Position numbers and translations under genes: made by a program. A DNA stretch of 64,000 nucleotides from Lama guanicoe (Eukaryota), in the NCBI GenBank assembly GCA_013239625.1, contig MU053557.1:3688123-3752122 (forward strand), written 5' to 3'. Shown here piece after piece: positions 50,515-62,827 of this stretch. The notes under the pieces are model-generated. The model was given only the letters and a program-made list of their open reading frames with translations, searched no databases and was not told the origin of the DNA. The stretch's first letter is position 1; the number at the start of each line of letters is the position of its first letter.

Positions 50515-50642
50515 GAAATTTGCAATGAATATCGAGCATTGATGAAAAATGGAAAATTGTTCTGTTTCCAAGATAAAAAACTTTTTCAAAGCCCTGATGG
50601 AAAAATGTTTATCAACAAATGTGCCATGTGCAAAATGAGATT
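50515..50642 (+). CDS. SPINK5: SPINK5 exon 3 (domain 1, four-Cys LEKTI-type)
   Basis: Acceptor CTTTTCCTTAG|, donor TT|GTGAGT; 128 nt; EICNEYRALMKNGKLFCFQDKKLFQSPDGKMFINKCAMCKMR. Confidence 0.96.
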
Positions 50643-52254
50643 GTGAGTAAAATTTATCTTTCTATCAAGTGTTTTGGGTTACCAGCTATTCTCCAAACTA
50701 ATAAATGTATTATTTTCATTTTCTGTCAAATATATATTTCTGAATTTAAATGAGTAAATAAAAATCAAGTGTGACCCCACTGGAAAGATCTTAATAATCA
50801 CTCATGGTATTCCAAAACATCCCAGAGGGCCCAGTATCAGTGCCCTATGTAGCACTTAACAGTCTTTCGAGGATGCATTTCCAACTTGAGTTTTTCTCAG
50901 ATTGGAAAAAAGAATTCTTGGGCCTGTTAAGACCTGACTCTGTTGTACCCTAGGCCCTGAAAAAAATGCCCCTCAAGGATGATGCCAAACTGTGCTGTGG
51001 CAGCTAACCAGGACACACCCCACCCTGACTCCGTAAACTGCCAGTGTCCTCAGACATCTAGGATTATGCTAGCATGAGATGGACCAAAGAATGAATTGTG
51101 GCTGAATACTCCCTGCAGCTCAGAAAGAATTAGTATCCTGGAAGTTTACTGACGTCTTTGCAATGCTTCTTAATTTGATTTTCTTCTCTCCAGTGACACC
51201 GCAAAGATAGAAGAAGCCTGAATTATCAATTACAAATCCTCAAATCAAAGTGACCTCATTTGTTTTTGAGCAGGGAGTTCATTCTTGGTTTCTGACCACT
51301 ATCAAATCTTCCACACTGGTACCAAGCCAAGAGGAAGCTTACCCATTTAAGATAATTATTTTATAATTAGCTTTTAAAATGCCAAGTTGGTAATGTGTCA
51401 AGGGATTTAATATGACCTAGTCAATAATGTTGGGATAATGAAGCCCTGATCACATGTGCTGCTTCTGGTGAAGAGACTGAAAGAAGATGAAGGAAAACAG
51501 GGCAGCTTTAGGGAGGGGGGACTCCCAGGGCGGGTGAACAGTCCTTTCTTAGTGTCTTGAGGGCTGAACGTAAACCAGCAGGTGTATTCTTTACTGAAAA
51601 GTTTCCTCCTTGTAACACAGGATGTTTTGATAGGAGACCAAAACAATGAATATAATAAATTTACTGAAAAATAATTGGAAACAAAAATAAAGTACCTTAA
51701 GACATACAAGGCAGGTTATTTATCACATTGAAGTCACTCACTCAATTATTATTTTGATTACTTAGTTAAGTTATATTGGGATAAACTTGGCTTCTTAACC
51801 TTGAAAGAAGGAGGCTGTGTGAGGCATTAAAGTTGTCCTTAAATTGCTGATTTTGCTCTGTGGGTCCTTAGAGGTTGGAGCCAAGATCAAGGCAGGCAGG
51901 TAGATTTCGTCTCAATATAAATATGGTCTTGCAAAGTCAGCATTCCACAAATGGCACAAATGGCACAAATGGCTTTTAGAATTGGTGACTCCCTGGATGT
52001 TGGAAGTATTTAAGGTGGGCAGCCTGTTGTGTGGTTAACTGTAGAGACTCGTGCCTTCAGTAGAACCACACTTGAGACGTTTTGGTGCCGAGGAGAGATT
52101 TGTGGTACCTGCGGTCATTTCTGGACATACTTCCACCCCTGACAAGCTAGACTGGGCTGAGGAGAAGAGTCAAAATTAAGTTTACCACATATACTGTTAT
52201 CCCTAAAAGCTGGGCAAGCATGTCTAAGCTATTTTATTCCTTGCTGTCTTCCAG

Positions 52255-52327
52255 GGAAAAAGAAGCAAAATTGCAGAGGAGGGCCAGGCGTTTAGCAAGA
52301 GCCACCACTGCTCCTGCCCCAGCAAAG
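52255..52327 (+). CDS. SPINK5: SPINK5 exon 4 (domain 1 end and linker)
   Basis: Acceptor TGTCTTCCAG|, donor AAG|GTGAGG; 73 nt; (L)EKEAKLQRRARRLARATTAPAPAK. Confidence 0.95.
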
Positions 52328-53582
52328 GTGAGGCTGTTTGGAGTCAGCCTGTCATATTTGCTTTGGAGGTTATGTTCGACTCTACTTAGATCTGTTTATT
52401 TCCTAATTACTAGGTCACACTTGTTGTGCAGCCGGCTACTTAGCAGGGAGGGAACATGGCTTAGTCCAGGGGTGGGCTAAATATCTCGTACAGCTCGTCC
52501 AAGGCCCAACCCATGACCCAACTCTCTGAAAACATCCTGGGCACTGACAGGTGCTGAGAGGTGGAGCGAGCCAGGGATGTCTGCCCTCCTCGGCCTTTTC
52601 TCATTCCTTCTGTCCTGCCTTAGCTCCAACAAGAGCCTTCATGGGACTGAAACTAAGTTCCAATCTCAGAATTTTTATTTAGTGTCTACTTCACCTGGAC
52701 AATTTATGTATCTCTGGGTCTCAGTTTTTTCACCTGTGAAATGGATGTGGCTCAAATGAGACACTAAGTTTAGCTCCAGTATTTAACAAGTGTTAGCAGG
52801 CATTTGACTCATTTTACTCCCTGTTTTCCTCTGTTTCTTCCTTCTGAACATATTTTCTAAGACTCGGAGGTTTCCCCTAGTTCAAGGAGCCTTGCTTGTT
52901 TATATCGATTTTGCAAACTGGGATTAAGGCTAATATTTGAGAAATACTGTTCTATGGTTAAAATATTTTTTACTTAAAAATTAAATAAAATGAAAGAAAA
53001 CTGCCCAGATGTAACCATCACACAACCATTTCCCTTTATAAATTATTTTGTATTTATACAAAAATAAAAAATTCTAGGCTAAGATTGGGAGAAATCTCTA
53101 GCCTACAACATCTCACAGTAAGTTCTGACAGAGCTGGGGCTGTCACCAGGTACCCTGACAACTGCTCATATTACTCCTGATGGCCTGTGTGGCTGCTTCT
53201 CCAGTATCTTCTTTCTCTTCCTCCTCTCCTGCCTCTGACACATAATTAAAATGATCAGTCAGGGCAGGCACACCCAAGTTACTTTAATATTTCTGATCTA
53301 ACCAAGCTTCCATCTTCCTTGGTGTTACTCAGGAATGTCTGAGAACCTCAGCCTCAGCAGTTGACCTGGTCAGCCCAAGGTTTTGCCTGGGCTCAACCAG
53401 TCTCACTGTTAAAACAGTGACACAGTCCCCACCTCAACTGGTCAATAACCACAAATTCTTTGAGCAAGATGAAGCTGCTTCTATGCTCCCCAGATCTGTG
53501 GGGGTCAGAAAGGTTACTAGGAATCTTTAAAATCTACCTTTCTTTGTCACATTTAGAGAGAGGCTTATTCTGTAAAATCCAT

Positions 53583-53645
53583 TCTCCTTCCTCTCCTCCT
53601 CCTCTTCCTTCTTGTCCTCTTCTTCCTCTTCCTCTTTTTTTCTTC
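53583..53645. repeat. Polypyrimidine (CCT/CTT) low-complexity tract
   Basis: TCTCCTTCCTCTCCTCCTCCTCTTCCTTCTTGTCCTCTTCTTCCTCTTCCTCTTTTT. Confidence 0.85.
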
Positions 53646-54289
53646 ATGAAAAACTGATATATCAATGGTGTTTAAAATATAAAATATAAGAGAAGACAAA
53701 CAAAACCCCCCTAAAACACCCTCCCCAGTCTTAACAAACCTGCTATTTTGAAATATTACTAGTGGTAAGTTTTCATACGTAGACACACATTTATTGAATT
53801 TTAATCAAATAGGATTTTTTAAGAAATAGTTACAGAATTTGAACAGTATACTCCTCTGTTACTATTTTATGCCTGAATTATCACTTTGGCCTCTAGATCA
53901 AGTTCTTATGGTTACATGTCTTGCTACCTAGGAAACTACTTCCTTACAAATTAAGGCAGTTAACATTTGGCTGTGTGCCTTCAAGAAATCTCTGTTTAGG
54001 TTTTTCATCGTCTGTGTTTGAATGGATTAATGCAATTACACTTTGTTTTTGTTGTCATTTTTCTTTTTACTGTAAAAGAGAACAATCTACCTGCTTTCTC
54101 TGCTTAGATTTCTCCCATCAAAATGTAACCTTGCCTCTTACTCTCAGAGTAAGATGCTCTGTGTGTTCAAGAATTTTCCTCCTACAGACATCTCTCTCTC
54201 TTGCATCATTAATTTATTCTTCATTAGTATGTATGTCATTCTTTAACCTTACAACTCTGATATCCAATCCACCTACGAGTCTTTAAAAA

Positions 54290-54636
54290 TTTTTTTTTTA
54301 ATTTTTTATTGGAAGAGTAGTCAGTTTACAATGTGTTAATTTCTCGTGTAGAGCATAATATTTCAGTCATGCGTATACATACACATATTCATTTTCATAT
54401 TCTTTTTCATTCTACACTACAAGATATTGAATATAGTTCCCTATGCTATATAGTAGGAACTTGTTGTTTATCTATTTTATATATCGGACTTAGTATCTGC
54501 AAATCTTGAACTCTCAATTTATTCTTTCCTACTCCCTTTCCCCCCAATAACCATGTTTGTTTTCTATGTCAGTGTGTCTGTTTCTGCTTTGTAAATAAGT
54601 TCTTTTTTTTTTTTTAAGATTCCACATATAAGTGTA
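54290..54636 (-). mobile_element. L1 3'UTR (camelid-type), antisense in SPINK5 intron 4
   Basis: T-tail, then TAGTCAGTTTACAATGTG...AAGATATTGAATATAGTTCCCTATGCTATA...AGATTCCACATATAAGTG. Confidence 0.9.
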
Positions 54637-54699
54637 TATTCCAATGCAACTCCTTTTCACGGTTTCCATTTCTACCCCAGTCTCCTGAAATCCTCCATA

Positions 54700-57600
54700 A
54701 TTTCTAATCTCTAACACCTCTGGTCTATGGAGAACTTTTGTTTTTTAATTGATCAATACATTCTCATTGATTTAGGTTGCCAACTTTGCAGAATATTAAG
54801 TTCATAGAGTGTATGTATGTGTTTCTAAGTTCCCTAGTCTGTTCATATTAGTTTATTTCTTTAATAACCAATAAGATAAATCCCCTTTCTTAGTTCAGTT
54901 TTTCAAAGTTGACTTACCTATGCATAAATATTTTTCCACATATGTATTTGAAATAGAAAGTTAACTGAGTTTATGAAAAATCCAACTTGATTTTGGGAAC
55001 CTATTGTGGTTAGGGCTACAAAGAAGTTATAAATTAGGGTAAAACTGACTTTTCATAATAGTAACTTGTACAAGTCAAAGAATATCTTATTAATTCATAT
55101 AATTTTTGTGTATTTTATGAAATCTGTGAATATTCTTCACAGGGATTTTTATGTTTTGCTAGTATCTAGAAAATTTATAATTTTACTGCTACTTCGAGTA
55201 TGGCATTTGTTGTTTATGATATTTCTATCTGGTTATTGTTGGCATAGACAAATTCTATTGATTTCTATAAGTTGATCTTATATTAAACACTTTTTTGATA
55301 TCGTGTTACTTCTGATAGTTTATCCATTAATTCTTTTGTCTTTTTGTTGAAAGTTGATCACATCATTTGCATATAATGAGTTTTAGAACTTCCCTTTCAA
55401 TCTTATCACTTCTTTTTTTTCTTTTTCTTTCCTTATATTTTTGGCAAGCTTGAAGAGTTCAGTAGTTTAACAGTAGCGATGATGATGAAATTCAAACTGC
55501 CCTTTCTCCCTCTGTATTAAAGGGAATATATTTAAAGTATCTCCATTAAATATAATGTTTACATAGGTTTTTTTCTATAAATTTTAGCAAGTTTAGGAGA
55601 TTCCTTTCGTTCATATTCTTCTGAATATGTGTTCATAATTATCAAGGACCTTCTCTTCAACTCTTGAAATAATGTTCTGATTCCTCTCTTTCAGTCTATT
55701 AATGTAATACATTTCTTGATAAACTTGCCAATGTTAAACCATAATTATTCTCTTAGGTTAAATCACACTTAATCATAATGTATTTTTTAATAGACTGTCG
55801 AATTTGAATAGTTAATATTTTATGTAGAAAATATGAAACTATTTTCATAAGTAAAATAAGTCAATACTTTTCCCTCTCTAATTATTCTTATCTGGTTAGG
55901 GAATCAAAATAAAATAACCCTGAGGGGTGGCACTTAAGGCTGGTTGCTGAGTAAGCAAGTCAGCAAATCCCCTTCCCTAAAGGTTACTTAGTCCTAGGAA
56001 TCTGCCCCAGTGGAGTGAAAACCTATGCCCACACAAAGTCAGGCATGCAAATATTCATAGCAGCATTATTTTTAATAATACAAAACTGGAAGTAGTCCAA
56101 ATGTTCAAATGTCTGCTGGTGAATGGATAGACAAAATGAGCTACATTTATACAATTAAGTGTTATTCAGCAGTAAAAAGGAACGCAGTACAGACACTGTA
56201 TAGATGAACCTCAAAAATATGTAAAATGAAAGAAGCCAGAATCAAACAATTACATATTTATGATCCTATTTATATGAATAGGTAAATTTATACAGTGAGG
56301 AAGTTCAGCAGTTGCCTAAGGCTGGAGCTGGGAGCTGGGATTAACTGTGAATGGGCACGATGAAAATTCTTAGGGCAATGGAAATATTCTAAAATTGAGT
56401 TTTAGTGATGGTTGTACAATTCCATAAATTTACTAAAAAACATTGATCTATACACTTAAAATTAGTAAATTTTATGCTATGTAAATAAAACTTCAATAAA
56501 GCTGTTGATAATTTTTTTACATTCTTCAACTTTTAGAATAACTTGTAAATTATTATTTTTCAATACAACTTTTTCTTTTTTCTTAAAAGTTTAGAAAAAT
56601 AGATTTTAAAGCAATTAGAACCGGGGCATTTTTGAGGAGAGAATATCTCAGGCCAATACATCAATTGATTAATACTCACTGATCTCTCTAACTTTCCTCT
56701 TGCACATTACACCAAAGCAGATATTTTATACTTTTTTTGTAACCACATCTCCATTGTGGTTTTCAGATGTATTAGCATATGGATACTCATAATATGCTTT
56801 CATTGTATTTACTTCTCAGTGTTCATCCAGTTACTTTCAACATCACTGCATATATTTTAAAAGTTTCATCTTCTCTTTCCCTTTTATCAGTTATACTAAG
56901 CACTGTAACATTAGCTTTCTTAAATTAATCTCCTTTATTGTTTTTGTTCTTTATGTCATTTATTTGTTTGCTCTGCCATTCATAAATGGATTGGCAATAC
57001 TTTAGTTCTTTAAATTTTAACATTTTAAATTTCATGAAAGGGTATTTGAAGTTATCAATGACCATATATCTCAAGATTGATACTTGAGTATTTTTATTTG
57101 TCATTCTTTGCCAAACATTTCTCAATTTTCCCCCCTCAAAAGTTATTTAATTGTAATATATTATTTGGTTTTCAAATATGTGGTACTTTTTTCTTTTTTA
57201 ATTTTTAATTTTATTAAATTGTGGCCAGAGAACATAGGCCACATGACACTGATCCTTTGGAATTTCCTAAGATTTTTCTTTGTGGCCTGATAAATATTAG
57301 AACTACTTAAAAAAAATCTTATTTTCTGTTTCTTGGATATAGTTCTCTATAAAAATCTGATGGCTTATTAAGCATCTTAATTTGTTCCCTGTGATGTATC
57401 AGTTTCTGAGAAGCATGTGCCTCTGATATCAGTTCCTGATTTATGTAATTCTACTACATTCTGTTGCTTACTGTTTGACGTGTTTAGAGCCTGTGTTATT
57501 GAGTGTACGCTCATGATTATTATGCTTTGTTCTTCCCTTTACTTTACTATCCTTCTTTGTTACTTACGATGCCTTGTGGACTGAATTCTGTGTATTGAGC
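54700..57600 (-). mobile_element. Very old L1ME-type body, interrupted by the sense L1MB insertion
   Basis: Degenerate antisense ORF2 motifs (TCTCCATTAAATATAATGTTT, GTTTAGGAGATTCCTTTC, GTATCAGTTTCTGAGA). Confidence 0.65.
55990..56505 (+). mobile_element. L1MB-type 3' end
   Basis: GAAAACCTATGCCCACACAAA...ATATTCATAGCAGCATTATT...GGTGAATGGATAGACAAAATG...CTTCAATAAAGCTGTT. Confidence 0.88.
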
Positions 57601-58099
57601 ATTATTTTGTCGCCTCTCCTTTCTTCTTACTCATTTTTGTGAGTGTCAGGAGAGGACAGGGGACAAAGCCCAGAGCTGAAGGTTCCAGAACCAGTGTTGC
57701 CAACTCCAGTTTGCTGCCACTTCACCGGGTCAGGAATTAATCTGTAAGCTCTCAGAAACGTCAGCATCAGGAAGAGGTGTTCTCAGTAGGCTGTGACCCA
57801 CCAGCCCTTGGGGTTTGGAGGAGGAGGTGGAGGAGGTGGAGGAGTAAATGCTTGCACCTGTTCCCATCACCTCCCAGCTGGGCTCCCGATCCGCCCTGTC
57901 ATCACCCTGCCAACACCTGTGACCTGGTATGCTGCTGTTGACTTCACTGGTGAAGGGGCAAAGGAATGCTTGTCCCAGCTGCTTTCATCCCTAACCCCAT
58001 GTTTCTGCAGTTTCTCCAGAAATCACTTTTGAGAGAAAATCAGCAGCTTTTCCTTATTTCTGCCCCTTGAACAGGACGATCTCGTTCCCACAACAAATC

Positions 58100-58450
58100 C
58101 TTTGCAATTGCAGTTCTCCAAGCCTGGAGCGTTCTCCCCTCAGATCTATTTAATGCCTGGCTCTTCCTCACTGATGTCATCTCACCTCAAATGTTGCATT
58201 TGCAGAAAGATCTTTCTTGACATGATATTCAAAATAGCCACCCTTCTAGGTGCTATCGTGTTGTTCAGTTTATTTTTCATAGCACTTATTATTTAATAAG
58301 TTTTTGTAATTATTGTCTATCTCTTCCCATCAGAATGTGAATCCCTTAGCGTATGTATCCCATTTCTCTTCTTTGCTGTGTCAGGGTCTCTGTCTGGTAG
58401 AATGCCTGGAGTCTAGTCAGTGTGCGATGGATTCGAGGAGTAAATGAACA
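58100..58450. mobile_element. L2 3' fragment
   Basis: GCCTGGAGCGTTCTCCCC...TTTATTTTTCATAGCACTTATTA...AGAATGTGAATCCC...AGAATGCCTGG. Confidence 0.75.
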
Positions 58451-58859
58451 CCCAACTGGATGAGGTGGCACACGTGGCCTTTACTTTCCTGTTTTCACTC
58501 GGTTTTTAACTTCTTCCTAAATACATGACATGAATAGTGGGGTATGTTCTATAGATTTTCTTCTTGAGTTTAATTCATTTTTCCTAAAATGTTTAATTGT
58601 CTTCCAGGAGAGTTCCTCAGTGTAATCATCTGGTTCACAAACTCATTATACATTTATTTCTGCCCTAGTTTTATTCTCTGTTGTGTGCCATTTTAGGTCT
58701 CAGGTCCATATTTTCCAAGTCTTTCGTATCTATAATTAAAATATTTTTGTCATGACAATCATGACATCAAAACATTTGTTTTGCAATGTGATATAATATT
58801 CTTTGCTTTTAGATAGAAATGAAATTCAAGTTAACTCTATATCTTCCATAGCTAGCTTA

Positions 58860-59430
58860 TGTCAGTAATGAGTTGCCCAGTAATGTTTCATAACTAGTCA
58901 TTTCATCCTCACCACAAATCTGGAATGTGGACTGGGTGTGAATTCCCATTTTTCACATGAGGAAAGTGAGGTTCAAAGAGGTGAAGTGAGTGGGTGGCAG
59001 ATCTGAGATCCGAACACTAGTCTTCAGTTATTACCGAGTGCACTTGTTTTTCTCGCCAAACACGTTTGTCCCTATGTGTACATCATGTTATTAGAGCAGA
59101 GATTTGGGGATTTCTCCCATCCTGCCTAAAAAGGGTTTCCTTTTATTGGCTGATGGTCAGTAGAGGAAACCTTTAAAACAACAATGGCAATAGCAACAAG
59201 AAGAAATGGGAAGGATGTGCTGGGCACTGTTCTAAGAGCTAGACGTGTATTAATACATTTAAATCCCTTTATAATCCTGAGAATACATTAAATCCCTGTA
59301 TAAACCTGTGTATACACTGTACAGATGAGGACACGATAGCACAGAGTGGTTAAGTAGCTTCCCAAATCACACAGCTAGCAAGTGGCAGATTTAGAACTAT
59401 GAACCTAGCAATCTGGCTCTTGATTACTGC
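58860..59430. mobile_element. Two MIR SINEs (~58860-59040 and ~59200-59430)
   Basis: CCCATTTTTCACATGAGGAAAGTGAGGTTCAAAGAGGTGAAGTGA; TACAGATGAGGACAC...GGTTAAGTAGCTTCCCAAATCACACAGCTAG. Confidence 0.75.
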
Positions 59431-59821
59431 TCTGATCTATAGTGATAGAAACTTTGTTATAGTTTATAGTTTTAGAGAGCCTTCATATCCATTGTCTGCT
59501 GGAGCTCATGACTACTCTGTAGAGAAGGCAGGCAGGATTTGATCGACAGAAAGTATCCTAAGTTTCAGGGAGGTGACTTGGCCTACCTCACCCAGAGAGC
59601 AAGTGGCTGAAATGACACTGAAATCCTTTCTTCTGAAATCTACTTCTGTCTCTGTTGTTGGACCACACTATATTATCCATGCCTTTATTATTACTATGGT
59701 CTTCTTATATTTTCCTCCTCTAGTGACATATTGTTGTGGGCTTAAAATACTAACTCATTTATGTATCTAGGGAATATTTTCTCTCTTACATATGGATATT
59801 CCTTGATCATATCTCTTGCAG

Positions 59822-59949
59822 TTGAATTGCGATGATTTCAAGAAAGAAGAAAGAAATGGGTATTTTGTCTGTACCCTTGATAATGCACCTGTTTGTGGCA
59901 CAGATGGGAAAACATACAGTAACAGATGTGTGCTATGCGCTGAGAACAC
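59822..59949 (+). CDS. SPINK5: SPINK5 exon 5 (Kazal domain 2, Cys I-V)
   Basis: Acceptor ATCTCTTGCAG|, donor AC|GTGAGT; 128 nt; LNCDDFKKEERNGYFVCTLDNAPVCGTDGKTYSNRCVLCAEN contains the Kazal signature. Confidence 0.97.
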
Positions 59950-61691
59950 GTGAGTATTCTCTGAAGCAGCCTTTCTCCCTAACGCATGTTCTCTGTGAAA
60001 TTACGTGACGCATTTACATCTTTAGGATAACAATCTGTTTTGTGGGAGTTAGCCATCCATAAATCATTAGGATGACTTTTTTTTTACTAAAGGAAAATAT
60101 ATGTATGTGGTGTAACACTGTATATCTTACAAAGCACATTTACATGCATTCTATCAGATGGTTATCACTGCATGAAGTAGACAGACATCTGATAAATCTG
60201 TATCTGTACACAAGCACATAACACACACACATATTCATACATGTATACATGTACGTATCTATCTTCTCTCTACCTGTTTGGGAATATATCCTTTTCCACA
60301 GAGAATTATTTAATCGTCAAATGATGCTTATTTATTAAATGCTCAGTAATTTATAATATTAGAGTAGGTAATTGGGAATTACTACCGACATTCTTCCCGT
60401 CTATTCCAACTTTGCTAAAGCGTCTCACTGCCCTACATTGTATCATCATTTGGTTCTTTCTTCACCCTCAATGCCAGGCTTAGTTATCAATTGTCTTCAA
60501 CCAACAAGATGGCATGCCTGCTTTGCAGGTTTGGCTTATGACCTCAGTCTTGAATTGGCTGATCTTCAGTTTATGCAAATATAACCAGCACTGTTAGAGG
60601 AGGCTAATAAGACATAATGATAAATATTTGGTCTTAAGGTTCTGCAGCCTTGATCCCTCCTTATCATAAGCACAACTGAATTAAGTCACTCGGATCCTCA
60701 CATGATTGCGTTTTCAGAAATACACTCTAAAATTATGTCTTCAGCTTTCGCCAAGGGTCAACATAAACAGAAAACAAAAATAGACACAGAAAGAACACAC
60801 AGGGTTTTATGAGACATGTGTTTGCAACACCACGGTGAGTCCACCGGATGTTTAGTTCTCAGCACGTTTTATGTGGGGGATGCTGGGATGGGTTATTCAA
60901 ACCTCTGATTCGGGTGAAAGTTTGTCCCCCCCAATTTCTGGCACATGCCTTTTGTTAGACAGTGCCGGCCACCCTGCTCGCTGTGCTTCTTCCCTGGCTC
61001 GGTCTGCTAGGAGACTGTGTGATAGCAGCCGCTATCTTTTGATACCACTTTTTTCTCACATTGAACTAGTGTTTTTTATTACATTTTTTTATTGTGTTTT
61101 TATTGTTATACAGATGCTATAGTTGTAAGTGGCCTCAGCTTTTTAGAGAGTAGGAAGTGTATCTTATATTTATGCTTCAATGTTTTCACATGTGCTTTAA
61201 AGCTCTATTAGACTGGACAATTATTAAACAGGGCTTTAGGGACTTTCCAGGAAAAACAAAATATTAGTTAGCATAACCCAAATGAAGAATGGTGTAACAT
61301 TATGCTAGATACTGTGATTTGAGTTGGATTATTTAAAACAAAATCATCACCGACAGCAACAAAGTTCCTTGGAGGTAACTAATATCTAGTTACAAGATTA
61401 ACCTTTTTCTGCTCTTCTGATTATGGGTCCCCTCTGGAATCAGGGGGAAAAAACCTGGAAATAACATTTACAGGTCTGAATCTTATTAGCTCTCCAACAC
61501 GATTCCATTTCTTTGTAATTTATAAATACAGTCTTTGATTAGAAAGAGTAAGTAAAGAAGAGAATGCAGTATGCGACCCGTTCTCAGAAGCAAAGGAGAA
61601 TCACAATACAATGGGGGAAAGTTGCATTTGGTGAGAAGTTTGAGAAGTTCTGTGATATTAAACTGCTGTGTCTACTAACTTTCAATTCCAG

Positions 61692-61755
61692 TAAAACCAG
61701 ATCCCAAGTTGGCATAGAAAGAGAAGGAGAATGTGAGAGCGGTAACCCAGAGCAG
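61692..61755 (+). CDS. SPINK5: SPINK5 exon 6 (domain 2 Cys VI and linker)
   Basis: Acceptor TTCAATTCCAG|, donor CAG|GTGAGG; 64 nt; (T)KTRSQVGIEREGECESGNPEQ. Confidence 0.95.
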
Positions 61756-61979
61756 GTGAGGACGAGTGTCAAAGCGGGGGGACACATCGGAGGGGCCGAC
61801 TTCAAAGAGAAAGAAGAGGCTGTCCTCTTTGTTCTCTGATGGGGGCATTTGGAAAGAAGTAATTCTTGCTGTACCTGGAATGAGATACTGCTTATTGAGA
61901 TGAAGAGCATGATAGTTCCTGAAACTGGAGCAGGTTACTTTGGTAGTTAGACTTTTCAGTTCTATTTCTGCTTTCTATG

Positions 61980-62045
61980 AAAAAAAAAAAAAAAAAAAAA
62001 AACCAGGAGGGGGGGGGCGGGGGGGGGAAAGAAGGTGGGGAGGGG
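61980..62045 (+). repeat. A23 run followed by G9-C-G9...G4-A-G4
   Basis: Directly visible in intron 6. Confidence 0.9.
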
Positions 62046-62079
62046 AAACGTCACGTGTAGAGCAAAGGGAACTACTTCA

Positions 62080-62230
62080 GTTACTTCACCTGAGTTGAAA
62101 CCCCAGCACTGTCGACTGCTGTCAGGATCTTGGGCAAGTTACTTAACTACACTGTACCGGTGTTTCCGTATCTAAAAATGAGATTTGGATTAAAGAGCTT
62201 CTTTCTGTGCTAAAATTCTGTGAGCCTGTG
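62080..62230. mobile_element. MIR SINE
   Basis: TCTTGGGCAAGTTACTTAAC...GTGTTTCCGTATCTAAAAATGAG...CTAAAATTCTGTGA. Confidence 0.7.
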
Positions 62231-62699
62231 ACAGCTGCGGGGGGGTGGAGGGAAGAAGTGTCTCATGCATGTCACACTTGATTTTTTTCCAGCTGAATGA
62301 TTTTCGTAAGTCACGGTTTGCTGCCCTTCCTACACACAGCTACAGCACCCGAGGTTCCCTCCACCAAGACATTTAGCACATTGCATTTAAAATGTCTCTT
62401 TGTCTGTATCGCCTAGTAGATTGCGAGCAAGTTGAGGGCAAGGACTGATTTCCCTTTGTTCTAGCGCATCACAGGTCATCCAGGTCTACTAATAAATGAG
62501 TAAACAAGTAAATGAGTTCTGTACTTACCCATGTGAATTATACAGTACTTTCCGGTCTACTTCTGCATGGCTGGCACCGCTCTGGGTAGCTAGTGTGCAC
62601 TGGGCAGACAGGCACTGGGTTCTATAAAATTTCTGCAAATAGTGTTGTGAGCATTACCATCAGGATGGTAAACGTCAAGTTCTTGTCCCTGTCCTTCAG

Positions 62700-62827
62700 G
62701 ATGTATGTAGTGCTTTTCGGCCTTATGTGAAGGATGGAAGACTTGGATGCACAAGGGAAAATGACCCAGTTCTCGGTCCTGATGGGAGGACGCATGGCAA
62801 TAAGTGTGCGATGTGTGCTGAGCTGTT
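62700..62827 (+). CDS. SPINK5: SPINK5 exon 7 (domain 3, four-Cys LEKTI-type, P1 Arg)
   Basis: Acceptor CCCTGTCCTTCAG|, donor TT|GTAAGT; 128 nt; DVCSAFRPYVKDGRLGCTRENDPVLGPDGRTHGNKCAMCAEL. Confidence 0.97.

Noticed and set aside
52220..52480. 86-aa ORF (and likewise the ORF at 61564-61839) as independent genes
   Set aside because: They are exons 4 and 6 plus flanking intron in the same frame.
57793..58032. Poly-Gly ORF
   Set aside because: Arises from a short (GGA/GGT)n repeat in intron 4; no splice or homology support.
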